A stretch of DNA of 64,000 nucleotides from Bacilli bacterium (GTDB lineage: Bacteria > Bacillota_I > Bacilli_A > RF39 > UBA660). Positions 30,809 to 40,248 of this stretch are shown piece after piece. Below the pieces are notes generated by a model that searched no databases, was not told the origin of the DNA, and saw nothing but the letters and a program-made list of their open reading frames with translations. Location of the stretch: positions 9,764-73,763 of the forward strand of contig JAQWAY010000001.1 of the NCBI GenBank assembly GCA_028707455.1, written 5' to 3'. The position numbers and the translations under genes were made by a program. How positions within the stretch are numbered: the first letter of the stretch is position 1; the number at the start of each line of letters is the position of its first letter.

Positions 30809-31252
30809 CTACTCTTTTATTAATTCTACTCGTAACGTAGTTTTTATTTGTTTATGTAATTTTATTTCAACATTATGAAACCCTAAGCTACTTAAAGGTT
30901 CTTTTAAATTAATCATTTTCTTATCAAGTTCAATTCCCTTGTTTTTTAACTCATTAAGTATTTGTTTAACACTAACACTTCCAAAAACACGATCTTTTTC
31001 TCCTGTTTTAACTTTAAACTTAAGTGTTATACTTTCTAATGCTTTCTTAATTTTTTCACTTTCCTTGATATCTTCCTTTTCTTCTAAGGCTTTCTTTTGT
31101 TGATTACTTTGAAGAGTTTTTAAGTTAATTTCATTAGCAATTACAGCATAACCTTTTTTAATTAAAAAGTTCATACCGTAACCATCCTTTACCTCTTTTA
31201 TTTCTCCCTTTTTTCCTTGACCTCTAAGATCTTTAATAAATATAACTTTCAT
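30809..31252 (-). CDS. rplI: 50S ribosomal protein L9
   Basis: The sequence [25 protein letters not shown] matches L9. Confidence 0.85.
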   Translation of the reverse strand: MKVIFIKDLRGQGKKGEIKEVKDGYGMNFLIKKGYAVIANEINLKTLQSNQQKKALEEKEDIKESEKIKKALESITLKFKVKTGEKDRVFGSVSVKQILNELKNKGIELDKKMINLKEPLSSLGFHNVEIKLHKQIKTTLRVELIKE

Positions 31253-31340
31253 AACTCACCTCTTTATAAATAATTACATCATTATTATACTATAAATTAA
31301 GCAATATGTCTTAATTATAAAAAAAGAAAATGAGAAAAAT

Positions 31341-32270
31341 TCATTTTTTCTCATTGTTTCTTATTCGTTCAGCAAGAGTTTCAATTTTCTTCATTCGATG
31401 ATTAATTCCTGATTTAGTAATGGCTTTACCTGTTTCAATGGTAATAATCTCACTTAACTCTTGTAATGAAACTTCTGGATACTTTAATCTATAAGTAGCT
31501 ACTATTTGCTCTCTTTCATCAAGTAATTCGAGTCCTACTATATTGATAATAGTTTGAATATCGTTTACTTGTTTGGTCGCAGCTAAAATCATTTTATCAA
31601 CATTCGCTTGTTCACAATTATTTAAACGATTGGTCATATTTTTATGATCACGATAAATTCTAATATCTTCGTAATATAATACAGCATTACTTGCTTTAAT
31701 TAATCGTAAAAAGTCACCTATTTTTTCGGCTTCTTTTATATAAACCATATACTTATTTTCTCTTCTTATTACTTTACTGTTTAAATCAAAATAATTTAAC
31801 ATCTCAGAGATAAATTCAGCATATTTTTCATTATCAATTATAAATTCTAAATGGTATCGTGATTTTTTAGGATCATTAACACTACCTGTTATTAAAAACA
31901 GCCCTTTTAGGTAGGCTCTTTTTAATTCCTCATCATCAATAATATAGTCTTTAGGGATATTATTTTCATTGGTGTTATCAATACACAAATCATTTAAAAT
32001 CATTGATTTCCTTTGTTTTATCTCTAAAATGTATATGAACTTTTTCTGATAATTATATCCCTTTCTAGCAGTAATAATAGGAGTAATATCATAAGTATCT
32101 TTTATCAATGTATATATATGCCTAGCTACACTAGAATTTTCAGTGGTAATCCTAATATTGTTTTCACTATAATTACTGTTACGAATAATGGCAGATAATT
32201 CAGATATGTTTTCTGTTTCAAATAATTCTAATTTACTTACTTCATTTTTAACGATACTCGTAAATGACAT
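31341..32270 (-). CDS. whiA: DNA-binding protein WhiA
   Basis: At 309 aa it has a LAGLIDADG-like N-terminus and a C-terminal HTH. It lies downstream of yvcK as in other Firmicutes. Confidence 0.75.
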   Translation of the reverse strand: MSFTSIVKNEVSKLELFETENISELSAIIRNSNYSENNIRITTENSSVARHIYTLIKDTYDITPIITARKGYNYQKKFIYILEIKQRKSMILNDLCIDNTNENNIPKDYIIDDEELKRAYLKGLFLITGSVNDPKKSRYHLEFIIDNEKYAEFISEMLNYFDLNSKVIRRENKYMVYIKEAEKIGDFLRLIKASNAVLYYEDIRIYRDHKNMTNRLNNCEQANVDKMILAATKQVNDIQTIINIVGLELLDEREQIVATYRLKYPEVSLQELSEIITIETGKAITKSGINHRMKKIETLAERIRNNEKK

Positions 32271-32271
32271 T

Positions 32272-33234
32272 TTAACCTCTTATCAAAACAGAATAAATAT
32301 AAAACGATAATTTTATACGATCATGCCTAATCATTTCATCTTCAACAATAACAAAATCATCAGCTATAACTTGAAGATTCAAATCCTTTAAATTATCACT
32401 ATCATAAAGAACGGGATCTTTTTGTTCTAATGTTTCATATTTTTTAATTAATTCTTGATCTATATCACCATTATTTGTAACTACTATATCAATTTTTCTT
32501 TTACCTAAATATTTATTTAATATCTTAACATGATGACTTACATTACAATTATCAGTTTCACCTGGCTGTGTCATCATATTGCATGTATACATAATTGGAG
32601 CTTTACTTTGATCAATCTCTTTTATTAGTTCTTTACAAAGTAAAGTGGGAACAATACTAGTGAAAACACTACCCATACTTAATATTATTAAGTCTGCCTC
32701 TCTTATAGCATTAATTGCTTTGGGATTTATAATTGGTTTTTCTTTATAATAGACTTCACTAATTCCTTTATTAGAAAGGGTTATATTGTGTTCACCTTCT
32801 ATTATACTACCATCATCCATTTTACCCATTAAAATAACATTATCTTCAGTTAATGGAAGCACTTTTCCCTTTAAATTTAATACTTTACCTAATGACTCTA
32901 TCCCATCAGACATATTTCCTGTTATATTAGTCATAGCTGTTAATAGTAAATTGCCTACTGTATGACCATTTAAATCACTTGTTGTTTTAAATCTATAATT
33001 AAATAGTTCTTCAAATAGTGGTTCTGTTTCTGCTAATGAGATTAATACTCTTCTTACATCCCCTACTGCTGGTGTTTTAAATTCTTCTCTTAATCTTCCT
33101 GTACTTCTACCATCATCACTTACAGACACGATGGCTGAAATATCAATTGGATATTCTTTTAAACCTCTAAGTAAGAAAGATAATCCAGTTCCCCCTCCGA
33201 GAACGGCTACTTTTTTATGCATATTATCACCCAC
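32272..33234 (-). CDS. yvcK: Gluconeogenesis factor YvcK (UPF0052/CofD-like)
   Basis: It carries VAVLGGGTGLSFLLRGLK and SVSDDGRSTGRLR. Confidence 0.8.
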   Translation of the reverse strand: MGDNMHKKVAVLGGGTGLSFLLRGLKEYPIDISAIVSVSDDGRSTGRLREEFKTPAVGDVRRVLISLAETEPLFEELFNYRFKTTSDLNGHTVGNLLLTAMTNITGNMSDGIESLGKVLNLKGKVLPLTEDNVILMGKMDDGSIIEGEHNITLSNKGISEVYYKEKPIINPKAINAIREADLIILSMGSVFTSIVPTLLCKELIKEIDQSKAPIMYTCNMMTQPGETDNCNVSHHVKILNKYLGKRKIDIVVTNNGDIDQELIKKYETLEQKDPVLYDSDNLKDLNLQVIADDFVIVEDEMIRHDRIKLSFYIYSVLIRG

Positions 33235-33276
33235 TTAATTATACTATATTTTAACTATTTTTTATACCTAAACAAA

Positions 33277-33303
33277 AAAATACTCGGTTTTTTGAGTATT
33301 TTA
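33277..33303 (-). terminator. Rho-independent terminator downstream of trxB
   Basis: A hairpin AAAATACTC-ggtttttt-GAGTATTTT is followed by a T run on the minus strand. Confidence 0.55.
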
Positions 33304-33318
33304 AAACTTTAATTTACA

Positions 33319-34218
33319 TCATTTTAGGTTCTTCTTTACATTAATTGCCGCTATTGTTCCATCACTCGCAGCCGTTGTTAATTGGTAGACACTTTTCTTT
33401 ACAATATCACCACACGCATATATTTTTTCGATACTTGTCTGCATGTTTTCATCAACAACAATGTATTGTTTTTCAAATTTGATAGGTAACTTTTTCAAAA
33501 AATCATTAGTTGGTTCTAACCCTGTGTATATGAATACTCCTGAAACGTCAAGTTTATCTTTATCATTAATAATTATTGATTCTAAAATATCATCTTTACT
33601 ATTAAATTGTGTAACATTGCTATTATAAATAATTTTAATATTCTTAATATTTTTAACTTTTTCGATTATTGATTCATCACCATCAAAAGTATCCTTTTTA
33701 TTAATCATAATTACTTCTTTACAAATATCAGATAAATATATTGCTTCATTTAAAGCTCCATTTCCACTACCAACAGTAGCAACTATTTTATCTTTAAAAA
33801 ACATTCCATCACAAAGAGCACAATAACTAATTCCACGGCTTACTAATTCTTCTTCCTTTTTAAGACCTAATTTTTTAGGTTGACGACCTGTTGCAATAAT
33901 AACTGAGGATGTAGTAATTCTTTCTGTTTCAGTAGTTACTATTTTATAGTCATCATTATTTTCAACATCAATAACATTACCGTAGCGATATTCAATATTT
34001 AAACTATTAATTTGTTCAAAAAGGTTAGTGGCTAAATCCGGTCCACTAATAGTTGAAAAACCAGGATAGTTGTCAATTCTACTTATTTTATTAAGTTGGC
34101 CACCAGGTGCACTTTTATCAAGTAATAATACATTAACATTAGCTCTTTTAAGATAAATAGCAGCAGTCATCCCTGCTATACCAGCACCAATAACAACGCA
34201 ATCAATATTTGATTTCAT
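33319..34218 (-). CDS. trxB: Thioredoxin-disulfide reductase
   Basis: It has FAD-binding VVIGAGIAG, the redox CxxC motif CALCDG, and an NAD(P)H-binding GSGNGA. Confidence 0.75.
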   Translation of the reverse strand: MKSNIDCVVIGAGIAGMTAAIYLKRANVNVLLLDKSAPGGQLNKISRIDNYPGFSTISGPDLATNLFEQINSLNIEYRYGNVIDVENNDDYKIVTTETERITTSSVIIATGRQPKKLGLKKEEELVSRGISYCALCDGMFFKDKIVATVGSGNGALNEAIYLSDICKEVIMINKKDTFDGDESIIEKVKNIKNIKIIYNSNVTQFNSKDDILESIIINDKDKLDVSGVFIYTGLEPTNDFLKKLPIKFEKQYIVVDENMQTSIEKIYACGDIVKKSVYQLTTAASDGTIAAINVKKNLK

Positions 34219-35017
34219 TTATATCACTCATTTCATTATATTGATTTTTAAAACGTGACCCTCTATTTAAAAATATCATCATAATAAAACCAAACACGAT
34301 CATAACTAATGAAACAATTTGAGCTATTTTAAAGTCTCCTATCATTAAACTATCTGTTCTAAGCCATTCTATTAAAAATCTACCTATGCCATACCATATG
34401 AAGTATATACTAGTAAGTTGACCTATTTTTAGATATTTATATCTTTTAATTATAAGTAATAGTATAAAACCAATTAAACACCAGATTGATTCATATAAGA
34501 ACGTTGGATGATAATAAACTCCACCAATATTCATTCCTTCAATTATAAATTCTGGTAGATGAAATTTTTGTAATGTCTCTAAAGCTATTTCAGGGCCATG
34601 TGCTTCACCATTAAAGAAGTTGCCCCATCTCCCTATTGCTTGACCAATAATTAGCCCTAAAGCCATAAAATCTAATATTCTAAGGGTTCTAACTTTATAT
34701 CGTTTTGTATAAAATATAACCCATATTAATCCAACAATAATGGCTCCGTGAATAGCAAGTCCACCTTCCCACAATTTAACAATATCTATTAAATTGTTAC
34801 TATAATAACTCCAATTAAAAGCAACATAATATAATCTTGCTCCTATTATTGCTAAAGGAATCATAAAGAAAAATAAATTAATCATAAAATTTTCAGGAAC
34901 ATTAAATCTTTTGGATTCACGAAGAGTAAACGATCCTCCTAGTAAAATAGCTATAAACATTATTGCTGAATACCAATAAATTCTAATAACACCTAAGTCA
35001 AGTAAAACTGCTTTCAT
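34202..35017 (-). CDS. lgt: Prolipoprotein diacylglyceryl transferase
   Basis: It is a polytopic protein with Lgt signature regions (YWYSAIMFIAILLG, the G-rich GRWGNFFNGE). Confidence 0.8.
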   Translation of the reverse strand: MKAVLLDLGVIRIYWYSAIMFIAILLGGSFTLRESKRFNVPENFMINLFFFMIPLAIIGARLYYVAFNWSYYSNNLIDIVKLWEGGLAIHGAIIVGLIWVIFYTKRYKVRTLRILDFMALGLIIGQAIGRWGNFFNGEAHGPEIALETLQKFHLPEFIIEGMNIGGVYYHPTFLYESIWCLIGFILLLIIKRYKYLKIGQLTSIYFIWYGIGRFLIEWLRTDSLMIGDFKIAQIVSLVMIVFGFIMMIFLNRGSRFKNQYNEMSDINEIKY

Positions 35018-35018
35018 A

Positions 35019-35462
35019 TTATCTTCCCCTTCTTAATATAGGTTCAATCACTAATTTATCCATTAATATATTCATGATGGAAATAAAAATAGCAACTATA
35101 AATGACATGAATATTCCTTCTATAGTAAAATGATCTCCTAAAATAAAATCAACAATATTTAATATAATAACATTTATAAAAGGATAAAATAGTCCTAAAG
35201 TTAAACCTGTAATTGGTAATGTAAAAAAGATTAAAATCGGTTTTATAGTTTTATTTAATACATATATAACAATAGCGGCAAGTAATCCCCATAAACCAAA
35301 ATAAGCATTATCTATTTGAACTGTATCATTGAATAATACAGCTACCATGATCAATACTAATGCATAACCAATCATATTTATTAACCAATCAATAAAACGA
35401 TTTAGCCTTACTTTATGTAAACTACTTTTTTCATCAATTATGACTACTTTCATCTTCATCAT
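35019..35462 (-). CDS. DUF360/YvlD-like (phage-holin-4 superfamily) small membrane protein
   Basis: It has four TM helices and 147 aa. It lies adjacent to lgt, as the yvl/yvo genes do in Bacillus. Confidence 0.45.
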   Translation of the reverse strand: MMKMKVVIIDEKSSLHKVRLNRFIDWLINMIGYALVLIMVAVLFNDTVQIDNAYFGLWGLLAAIVIYVLNKTIKPILIFFTLPITGLTLGLFYPFINVIILNIVDFILGDHFTIEGIFMSFIVAIFISIMNILMDKLVIEPILRRGR

Positions 35463-35563
35463 CTCCTTGGTACATTATACCATATTTTATATATTTTTTA
35501 ATAATTATAAAATTAAAAATATTTTGTGTTTATATAACACTATTACTCAAAACCCTTGTTTTA

Positions 35564-37519
35564 CTATTTGTTTTCACTTTTGAGTTCAAATAAAATATCA
35601 CGTAATTCGGTTGCTCTTTCAAAATCTAATTCTTTAGCTGCTTCCTTCATCGCTTTTTCAACTTTAATCATTAACTTTTGTCTATCTTGTTTTGACATCT
35701 TAATTTCTTGTTCTGGAACATCTTCCTTATTATTACTTATAATTTCCTTTATTTCTTTAATAATTGATTTAGGCACAATATTATGTTTTTTATTATATTC
35801 ATCTTGAATAATACGACGTCTCTTAGTTTCCTTTATGGCTATTTCCATTGCTTCACTAATTGTATCTGCATACATAATGACTCTTCCTTCTTCATTTCTT
35901 GCTGCCCTTCCAATTGTTTGAATTAGACTCTTAGAACTTCTTAAAAAACCTTGTTTATTGGCATCCATAATAGCAATCAAACTAACCTCTGGTATATCTA
36001 ATCCTTCTCTTAATAAATTTATTCCAACTAAGACATCATATTTCCCCAATCTTAAATCTCTAATTATTTTTAAACGCTCTAAAGTTTTTACCTCGCTGTG
36101 AAGATATGCCACTTTAATATTAATCTTCTTTAGATATGTTGTTAGTTCTTCTGCCATTCGAATAGTTAAAGTTGTTATTAAAGTTCTTTGATTCTTTTCC
36201 GTTTGTTTATTAATTTCATCTATTAAGTTATCAATTTGATTATTAGTTTCTCTGACTTCAATAAGTGGATCCAATAATCCCGTTGGTCTTATAATTTGTT
36301 CTGTAATTTCATTATTTGTTTTTTCCAATTCATAATCACCAGGTGTTGCTGAAACATAAATAACCTGGTTAATTTTAGATTCAAATTCAGTAAACTTTAA
36401 TGGTCTATTATCCTTTGCACTAGGTAATCTAAAACCATAATCTACCAAGACTGATTTACGTGCTTGGTCTCCATTATACATTCCTCTAACTTGAGGTATT
36501 GTAACATGTGATTCATCAACCACTAATAAAAAATCATCACCAAAAAAATCGATTAAAGTAGTGGGAGTTTCTCCGGGTTGTTTTAAAGCAAGATGTCTTG
36601 AATAATTTTCCACTCCGCGACAAGATCCGGTTTCCTCTAACATTTCTAAATCATAATTAGTTCTTTCTTTTAATCGTTGATATTCTAATAATTTATTTTG
36701 ACTTTTAAAATACTCTAGTTGCTCTTCTAATTCCTTTTTAATATTAGAAAGAGCTAATTTTATTTTTTCATCGCTTGTTACAAAGTGACTAGCAGGGAAA
36801 ATAGAAACACTTTTCTTATTATTTATAACAACACCAGTTAAAGTATCAAATTCACTTATTTTTTCAACTATATCACCAAAAAATTCGATTCTAATTCCTT
36901 TACCATGTTGATTAGCTGGGATAATTTCTAAAACATCTCCTCTGATTCGGAAACTACCTCTCTTTAAATCAAAATTATTACGTTCATAAAACATTTCAAT
37001 TAATTTTTCCATTATATCTTTAGGTTCATATTGATCATTTTCATTAATGACTAACATTTTTTTGCGATATTCTTCTATTTCACCAATTCCATAAATACAA
37101 GACACTGATGCTACTACAATAACATCTTTATGATTTAATAAGGATGCCGTCGCAGCATGACGTAGTTCATCTATTTCATCATTAATTGATGCATCTTTTT
37201 CAATATATGTATCTGTTTTTGCAACATATGCTTCCGGTTGATAATAATCGTAATACGATACAAAATACTCCACCTTATTATTGGGAAATAATTCTTTTAA
37301 TTCACTATATAGTTGTCCTGCTAATGTTTTATTATGAGCTAAAACCAACGTTGGTTTATTAATTTTTTCAATAACATTTGCAATCGTAAATGTTTTACCA
37401 GAACCCGTAACACCAAGTAAAACTTGATGCTTTTCTCCCTTTTCAATTCCTTTGACTAATTTATTAATTGCATCTGGTTGATCACCACTTGGCTTATATT
37501 TTGATACTAATTGAAACAT
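35564..37519 (-). CDS. uvrB: Excinuclease ABC subunit B
   Basis: It has Walker [11 protein letters not shown], a helicase fold, and a C-terminal UVR domain ([12 protein letters not shown]). Confidence 0.9.
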   Translation of the reverse strand: MFQLVSKYKPSGDQPDAINKLVKGIEKGEKHQVLLGVTGSGKTFTIANVIEKINKPTLVLAHNKTLAGQLYSELKELFPNNKVEYFVSYYDYYQPEAYVAKTDTYIEKDASINDEIDELRHAATASLLNHKDVIVVASVSCIYGIGEIEEYRKKMLVINENDQYEPKDIMEKLIEMFYERNNFDLKRGSFRIRGDVLEIIPANQHGKGIRIEFFGDIVEKISEFDTLTGVVINNKKSVSIFPASHFVTSDEKIKLALSNIKKELEEQLEYFKSQNKLLEYQRLKERTNYDLEMLEETGSCRGVENYSRHLALKQPGETPTTLIDFFGDDFLLVVDESHVTIPQVRGMYNGDQARKSVLVDYGFRLPSAKDNRPLKFTEFESKINQVIYVSATPGDYELEKTNNEITEQIIRPTGLLDPLIEVRETNNQIDNLIDEINKQTEKNQRTLITTLTIRMAEELTTYLKKINIKVAYLHSEVKTLERLKIIRDLRLGKYDVLVGINLLREGLDIPEVSLIAIMDANKQGFLRSSKSLIQTIGRAARNEEGRVIMYADTISEAMEIAIKETKRRRIIQDEYNKKHNIVPKSIIKEIKEIISNNKEDVPEQEIKMSKQDRQKLMIKVEKAMKEAAKELDFERATELRDILFELKSENK

Positions 37520-37716
37520 AGAATCCTCCTTTTTAGGATATTATATTTAAATATTATTTAAAAAAATCAGTGAAATTATATCCACGCTTCACTAAATTTA
37601 TTTAATAACAATATGTTTTCAGTAATATATTTTATCATTTATTGTATATTAAAACAAGAAAGAACTAATAAGTAACTATTAATTGAATAATAATAATATT
37701 AAATTAGATATTGGTA

Positions 37717-37745
37717 TAAAAAAAAGTAATTAAATTACTTTTTTA
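37717..37745 (-). terminator. Hairpin AAAAAAAGTAATTaaATTACTTTTTT overlapping the noc-like stop codon
   Basis: A perfect 11-bp stem is followed by a T run in minus-strand orientation. Confidence 0.5.
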
Positions 37746-39417
37746 TTTTAAATATTACTTGATATATATCTTCAAAATCTATTTCTTCAATTTCAACATC
37801 AAATCCAATACCTTCTACCTTAGTACCACATTCTCTAATAATATCTATAGCATCCTTTAATACTTTACCTTCTTGAAGTATTGGTTCAACTATTTTTTCC
37901 TCTTCAATATCTTGATTTATATTATTAACTGGTTCAATTGCCTCATCAGTAGTTGATGCAATTGGCTCAAAAGGATTATTGAAAATTGGGTTTAGTGTCT
38001 CAACCTCAGTAGTTATTTGTGGTTGATCTTGTTCTTTTGGTTGCATTGGAATATCTATAGGTTGAACTGGAACTTCCACTGGTTGTGCTTGTTCTAAAGG
38101 TTGTACTAATGCTTCCGCTGGCTGAAAAGGTACATCACTTGGAAGTGGTGTTTCTATAATAGGCGAATCATTATTAACTGATTCTGCTGGTTCTGTTTCT
38201 GGTTCTTCATTTAAAATATCAAAGAACTTTCCTGGAGTTAATATGTTTTCTGGTTGTTCTACTTCAAAATCAAAACCAACATTATTATTATTATTATTAT
38301 TATTATTTTGAGCTGCAAAAGCTGAATCTGGCTCTAATAATGAGTTAACGTCAGCTAAAGGTTTATCTTCATTTATATTTTTAGCTTCCGTTGCAATTTT
38401 TTCTATATTCATAAAACCAGGATTAATTTCATTATCTATTTGTTCTTCAATAAAAATAGGTTCTTCTGATTTAGTTTCCTCTACTTTTTCTTCTGGTTGT
38501 TCTACAATAGGAGTACTTGGTAGATTAATTGATTCTTCAATATTCTCATTTATTATAGGTGAAGATGGAAGATTAACTGATTCTTCAACTTTATCATCTA
38601 TTATTGAAGAAGTTGGTAAATTTAAATTAGATGGAGTATTAAAAATATCAACTGTTGGTTGTTCAATATTATTATTCATTGAGTTATTCCTTTCTTCAAT
38701 TGGTCGTATTCCTAAAATGGAATCAACCGTTGGTGAAAACGTATTTTCTTCTGTTGGTTGTTCAAAAGCACTTACATCTAACACTTCAACTTCATCGGAA
38801 GAAACAACATCATTTTGATTCAATATTTTATCAATTTCGTCATCTGTTTTTCTAACTGTTAGTCTATTATCTATTATTTTATTTAATATTTCTATTTGTT
38901 GACTACTCTTATTAAGTCTTAAAATAGATCGTGCATGTCTTTCTGATATTTTTCCTTCTAATAATGCTTCTTGGACATCTTCATGTAAATTTAATAATCT
39001 TAATTTATTAGCTATTGTTGATTGCTTATTTCCTAACTTGCTAGCTAATTGTTCTTGAGTAAACCCCATATCTAAAATCTTTTTATATGATATAGCTTCT
39101 TCAATTGGTGTTAAATCTTGTCTTTGAACATTTTCAATTAAGGCTACTTCAGCACTATCTTTATCATTTAAATCAGTTATAATAGCAGGTATACTATTTT
39201 TACCAGCTAAAACACTAGCTTTATATCTTCTTTCTCCAGCTATTATTTCATATTTATCACCAATTGCTCTAACCACAATAGGTTGAATTACTCCATGTTC
39301 TTTTATTGATTCAGATAATTCATTTATTGCTTCTTCGCTAAACTTAATTCTTGGTTGAAAACGATTTGGTAAAATATCCGCAAGATTTAATTCAGTTATT
39401 CTTTTCTCAATATCCAC
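37735..39417 (-). CDS. noc: Noc-type ParB-family nucleoid occlusion protein homolog with an atypical ~370-aa acidic low-complexity C-terminal extension
   Basis: Residues 1-190 form a ParB N-domain plus HTH: PNRFQPRIKF, GERRYKA, and GNKQSTIANKLRLLNL...ISERHAR. From memory these match B. subtilis Noc (PNRFQPRTIF; QSTIANKLRLLKL) better than Spo0J (PNPYQPRKHF). The gene lies directly downstream of rsmG, as noc does. The rest of the protein is a P/E/Q/N-rich disordered region with a poly-Asn run. Confidence 0.7.
   Translation of the reverse strand: MDIEKRITELNLADILPNRFQPRIKFSEEAINELSESIKEHGVIQPIVVRAIGDKYEIIAGERRYKASVLAGKNSIPAIITDLNDKDSAEVALIENVQRQDLTPIEEAISYKKILDMGFTQEQLASKLGNKQSTIANKLRLLNLHEDVQEALLEGKISERHARSILRLNKSSQQIEILNKIIDNRLTVRKTDDEIDKILNQNDVVSSDEVEVLDVSAFEQPTEENTFSPTVDSILGIRPIEERNNSMNNNIEQPTVDIFNTPSNLNLPTSSIIDDKVEESVNLPSSPIINENIEESINLPSTPIVEQPEEKVEETKSEEPIFIEEQIDNEINPGFMNIEKIATEAKNINEDKPLADVNSLLEPDSAFAAQNNNNNNNNNVGFDFEVEQPENILTPGKFFDILNEEPETEPAESVNNDSPIIETPLPSDVPFQPAEALVQPLEQAQPVEVPVQPIDIPMQPKEQDQPQITTEVETLNPIFNNPFEPIASTTDEAIEPVNNINQDIEEEKIVEPILQEGKVLKDAIDIIRECGTKVEGIGFDVEIEEIDFEDIYQVIFKIKK
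38281..38307. repeat. (ATT)9 microsatellite, which is (AAT)n on the coding strand, encoding the poly-Asn run inside noc-like
   Basis: The run attattattattattattattattatt is in frame, so slippage would change only the Asn count. Confidence 0.8.
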
Positions 39418-39452
39418 ACTATACAGCCCCTTTTTATTCTTTCAAATATATA

Positions 39453-39508
39453 ATACTATATATTGGGAAATATTACAATAGTTTTGGGAAATATTCTGTT
39501 TCTTTTTT
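39453..39508. promoter_or_regulatory. Three direct repeats TTGGGAAAT(A/G)TT, which are NBS half-sites GGGAAAT, in the noc-like promoter region
   Basis: Copies lie at 39453-39464, 39474-39485 and 39497-39508, spaced 21-23 bp apart, between the noc-like start codon at 39417 and the rsmG terminator. Confidence 0.6.
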
Positions 39509-39527
39509 GGGAAATGTTTTTTCTATT

Positions 39528-39558
39528 AAAAAGACCACTTGATTTAAAGTGGTCTTTT
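39528..39558 (-). terminator. rsmG terminator hairpin
   Basis: AAAAGACCACTTgatttaAAGTGGTCTTTT overlaps the rsmG stop codon and is followed by a T run on the minus strand. Confidence 0.6.
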
Positions 39559-40248
39559 CTTCATCTCACTATATTTTCTTGGATACTTATTACTAGTTTT
39601 ACTAAGTTTTTTAAACTTAATTAAAGTCCTATTACTTTTTTCAATTGGTAGTAAAAACTTCTTAATTTCAATTTCTTCTATCTTTAACAATTCAATAGCA
39701 TTATTATAAGTATTTTCTTCTTTTTCAATATTTCCCTTCATAGCAATAAAATATTTATTTACTTTTACCATGGGAATGGCATACTCTAATAAAATATTTA
39801 AAGGTGCAACTGCACGAGCAGTTACCACATCAAATTTTTCTCGATTTTTTAAAGCATATTCTTCACATCGATAATGAATTGCTGTAATATTCTTTAATTT
39901 TAATTTTTCAATTACTAAATTAAGAAAATCTATTCTCTTTCTTAAAGAATCAACTAAAGTAATTTCTAGATTTGGAAATAATATTTTTAATACAATACCA
40001 GGAAAACCTGCTCCCGTACCTATATCACATAAACTGCTTTCTTCTTTTAAATTTATTATTTTATTAAGGGTTAAAGAATCATAAAAATGTTTTAAATATA
40101 CTTGTTCCTTATCAACAATAGCTGTTAAATTTATTTTCTCATTCCATTCAATTAATAATTCATAATAAAGTTCTAGTTGTTCTAATTGATGACTATTAAT
40201 CTCAATATTTATTTGTTTTAAACTTTCAATAAATTTATCTACGATCAT
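39544..40248 (-). CDS. rsmG: 16S rRNA (guanine527-N7)-methyltransferase RsmG (GidB)
   Basis: It has a SAM-MTase fold and GidB-like N-terminal region (LELYYELLIEWNEKINLTAI, DIGTGAGFPG). Confidence 0.85.
   Translation of the reverse strand: MIVDKFIESLKQINIEINSHQLEQLELYYELLIEWNEKINLTAIVDKEQVYLKHFYDSLTLNKIINLKEESSLCDIGTGAGFPGIVLKILFPNLEITLVDSLRKRIDFLNLVIEKLKLKNITAIHYRCEEYALKNREKFDVVTARAVAPLNILLEYAIPMVKVNKYFIAMKGNIEKEENTYNNAIELLKIEEIEIKKFLLPIEKSNRTLIKFKKLSKTSNKYPRKYSEMKKRPL

Noticed and set aside
37520-37734. Search for a LexA/Cheo box (GAAC-N4-GTTC) upstream of uvrB. The nearest candidate is agaacTAATaagtaact, and there is a hairpin containing TATCCAC at 37568-37593.
   Set aside because: No sequence with correct half-site spacing was found. 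The TATCCAC hairpin is a single isolated DnaA-box-like word and is not convincing.
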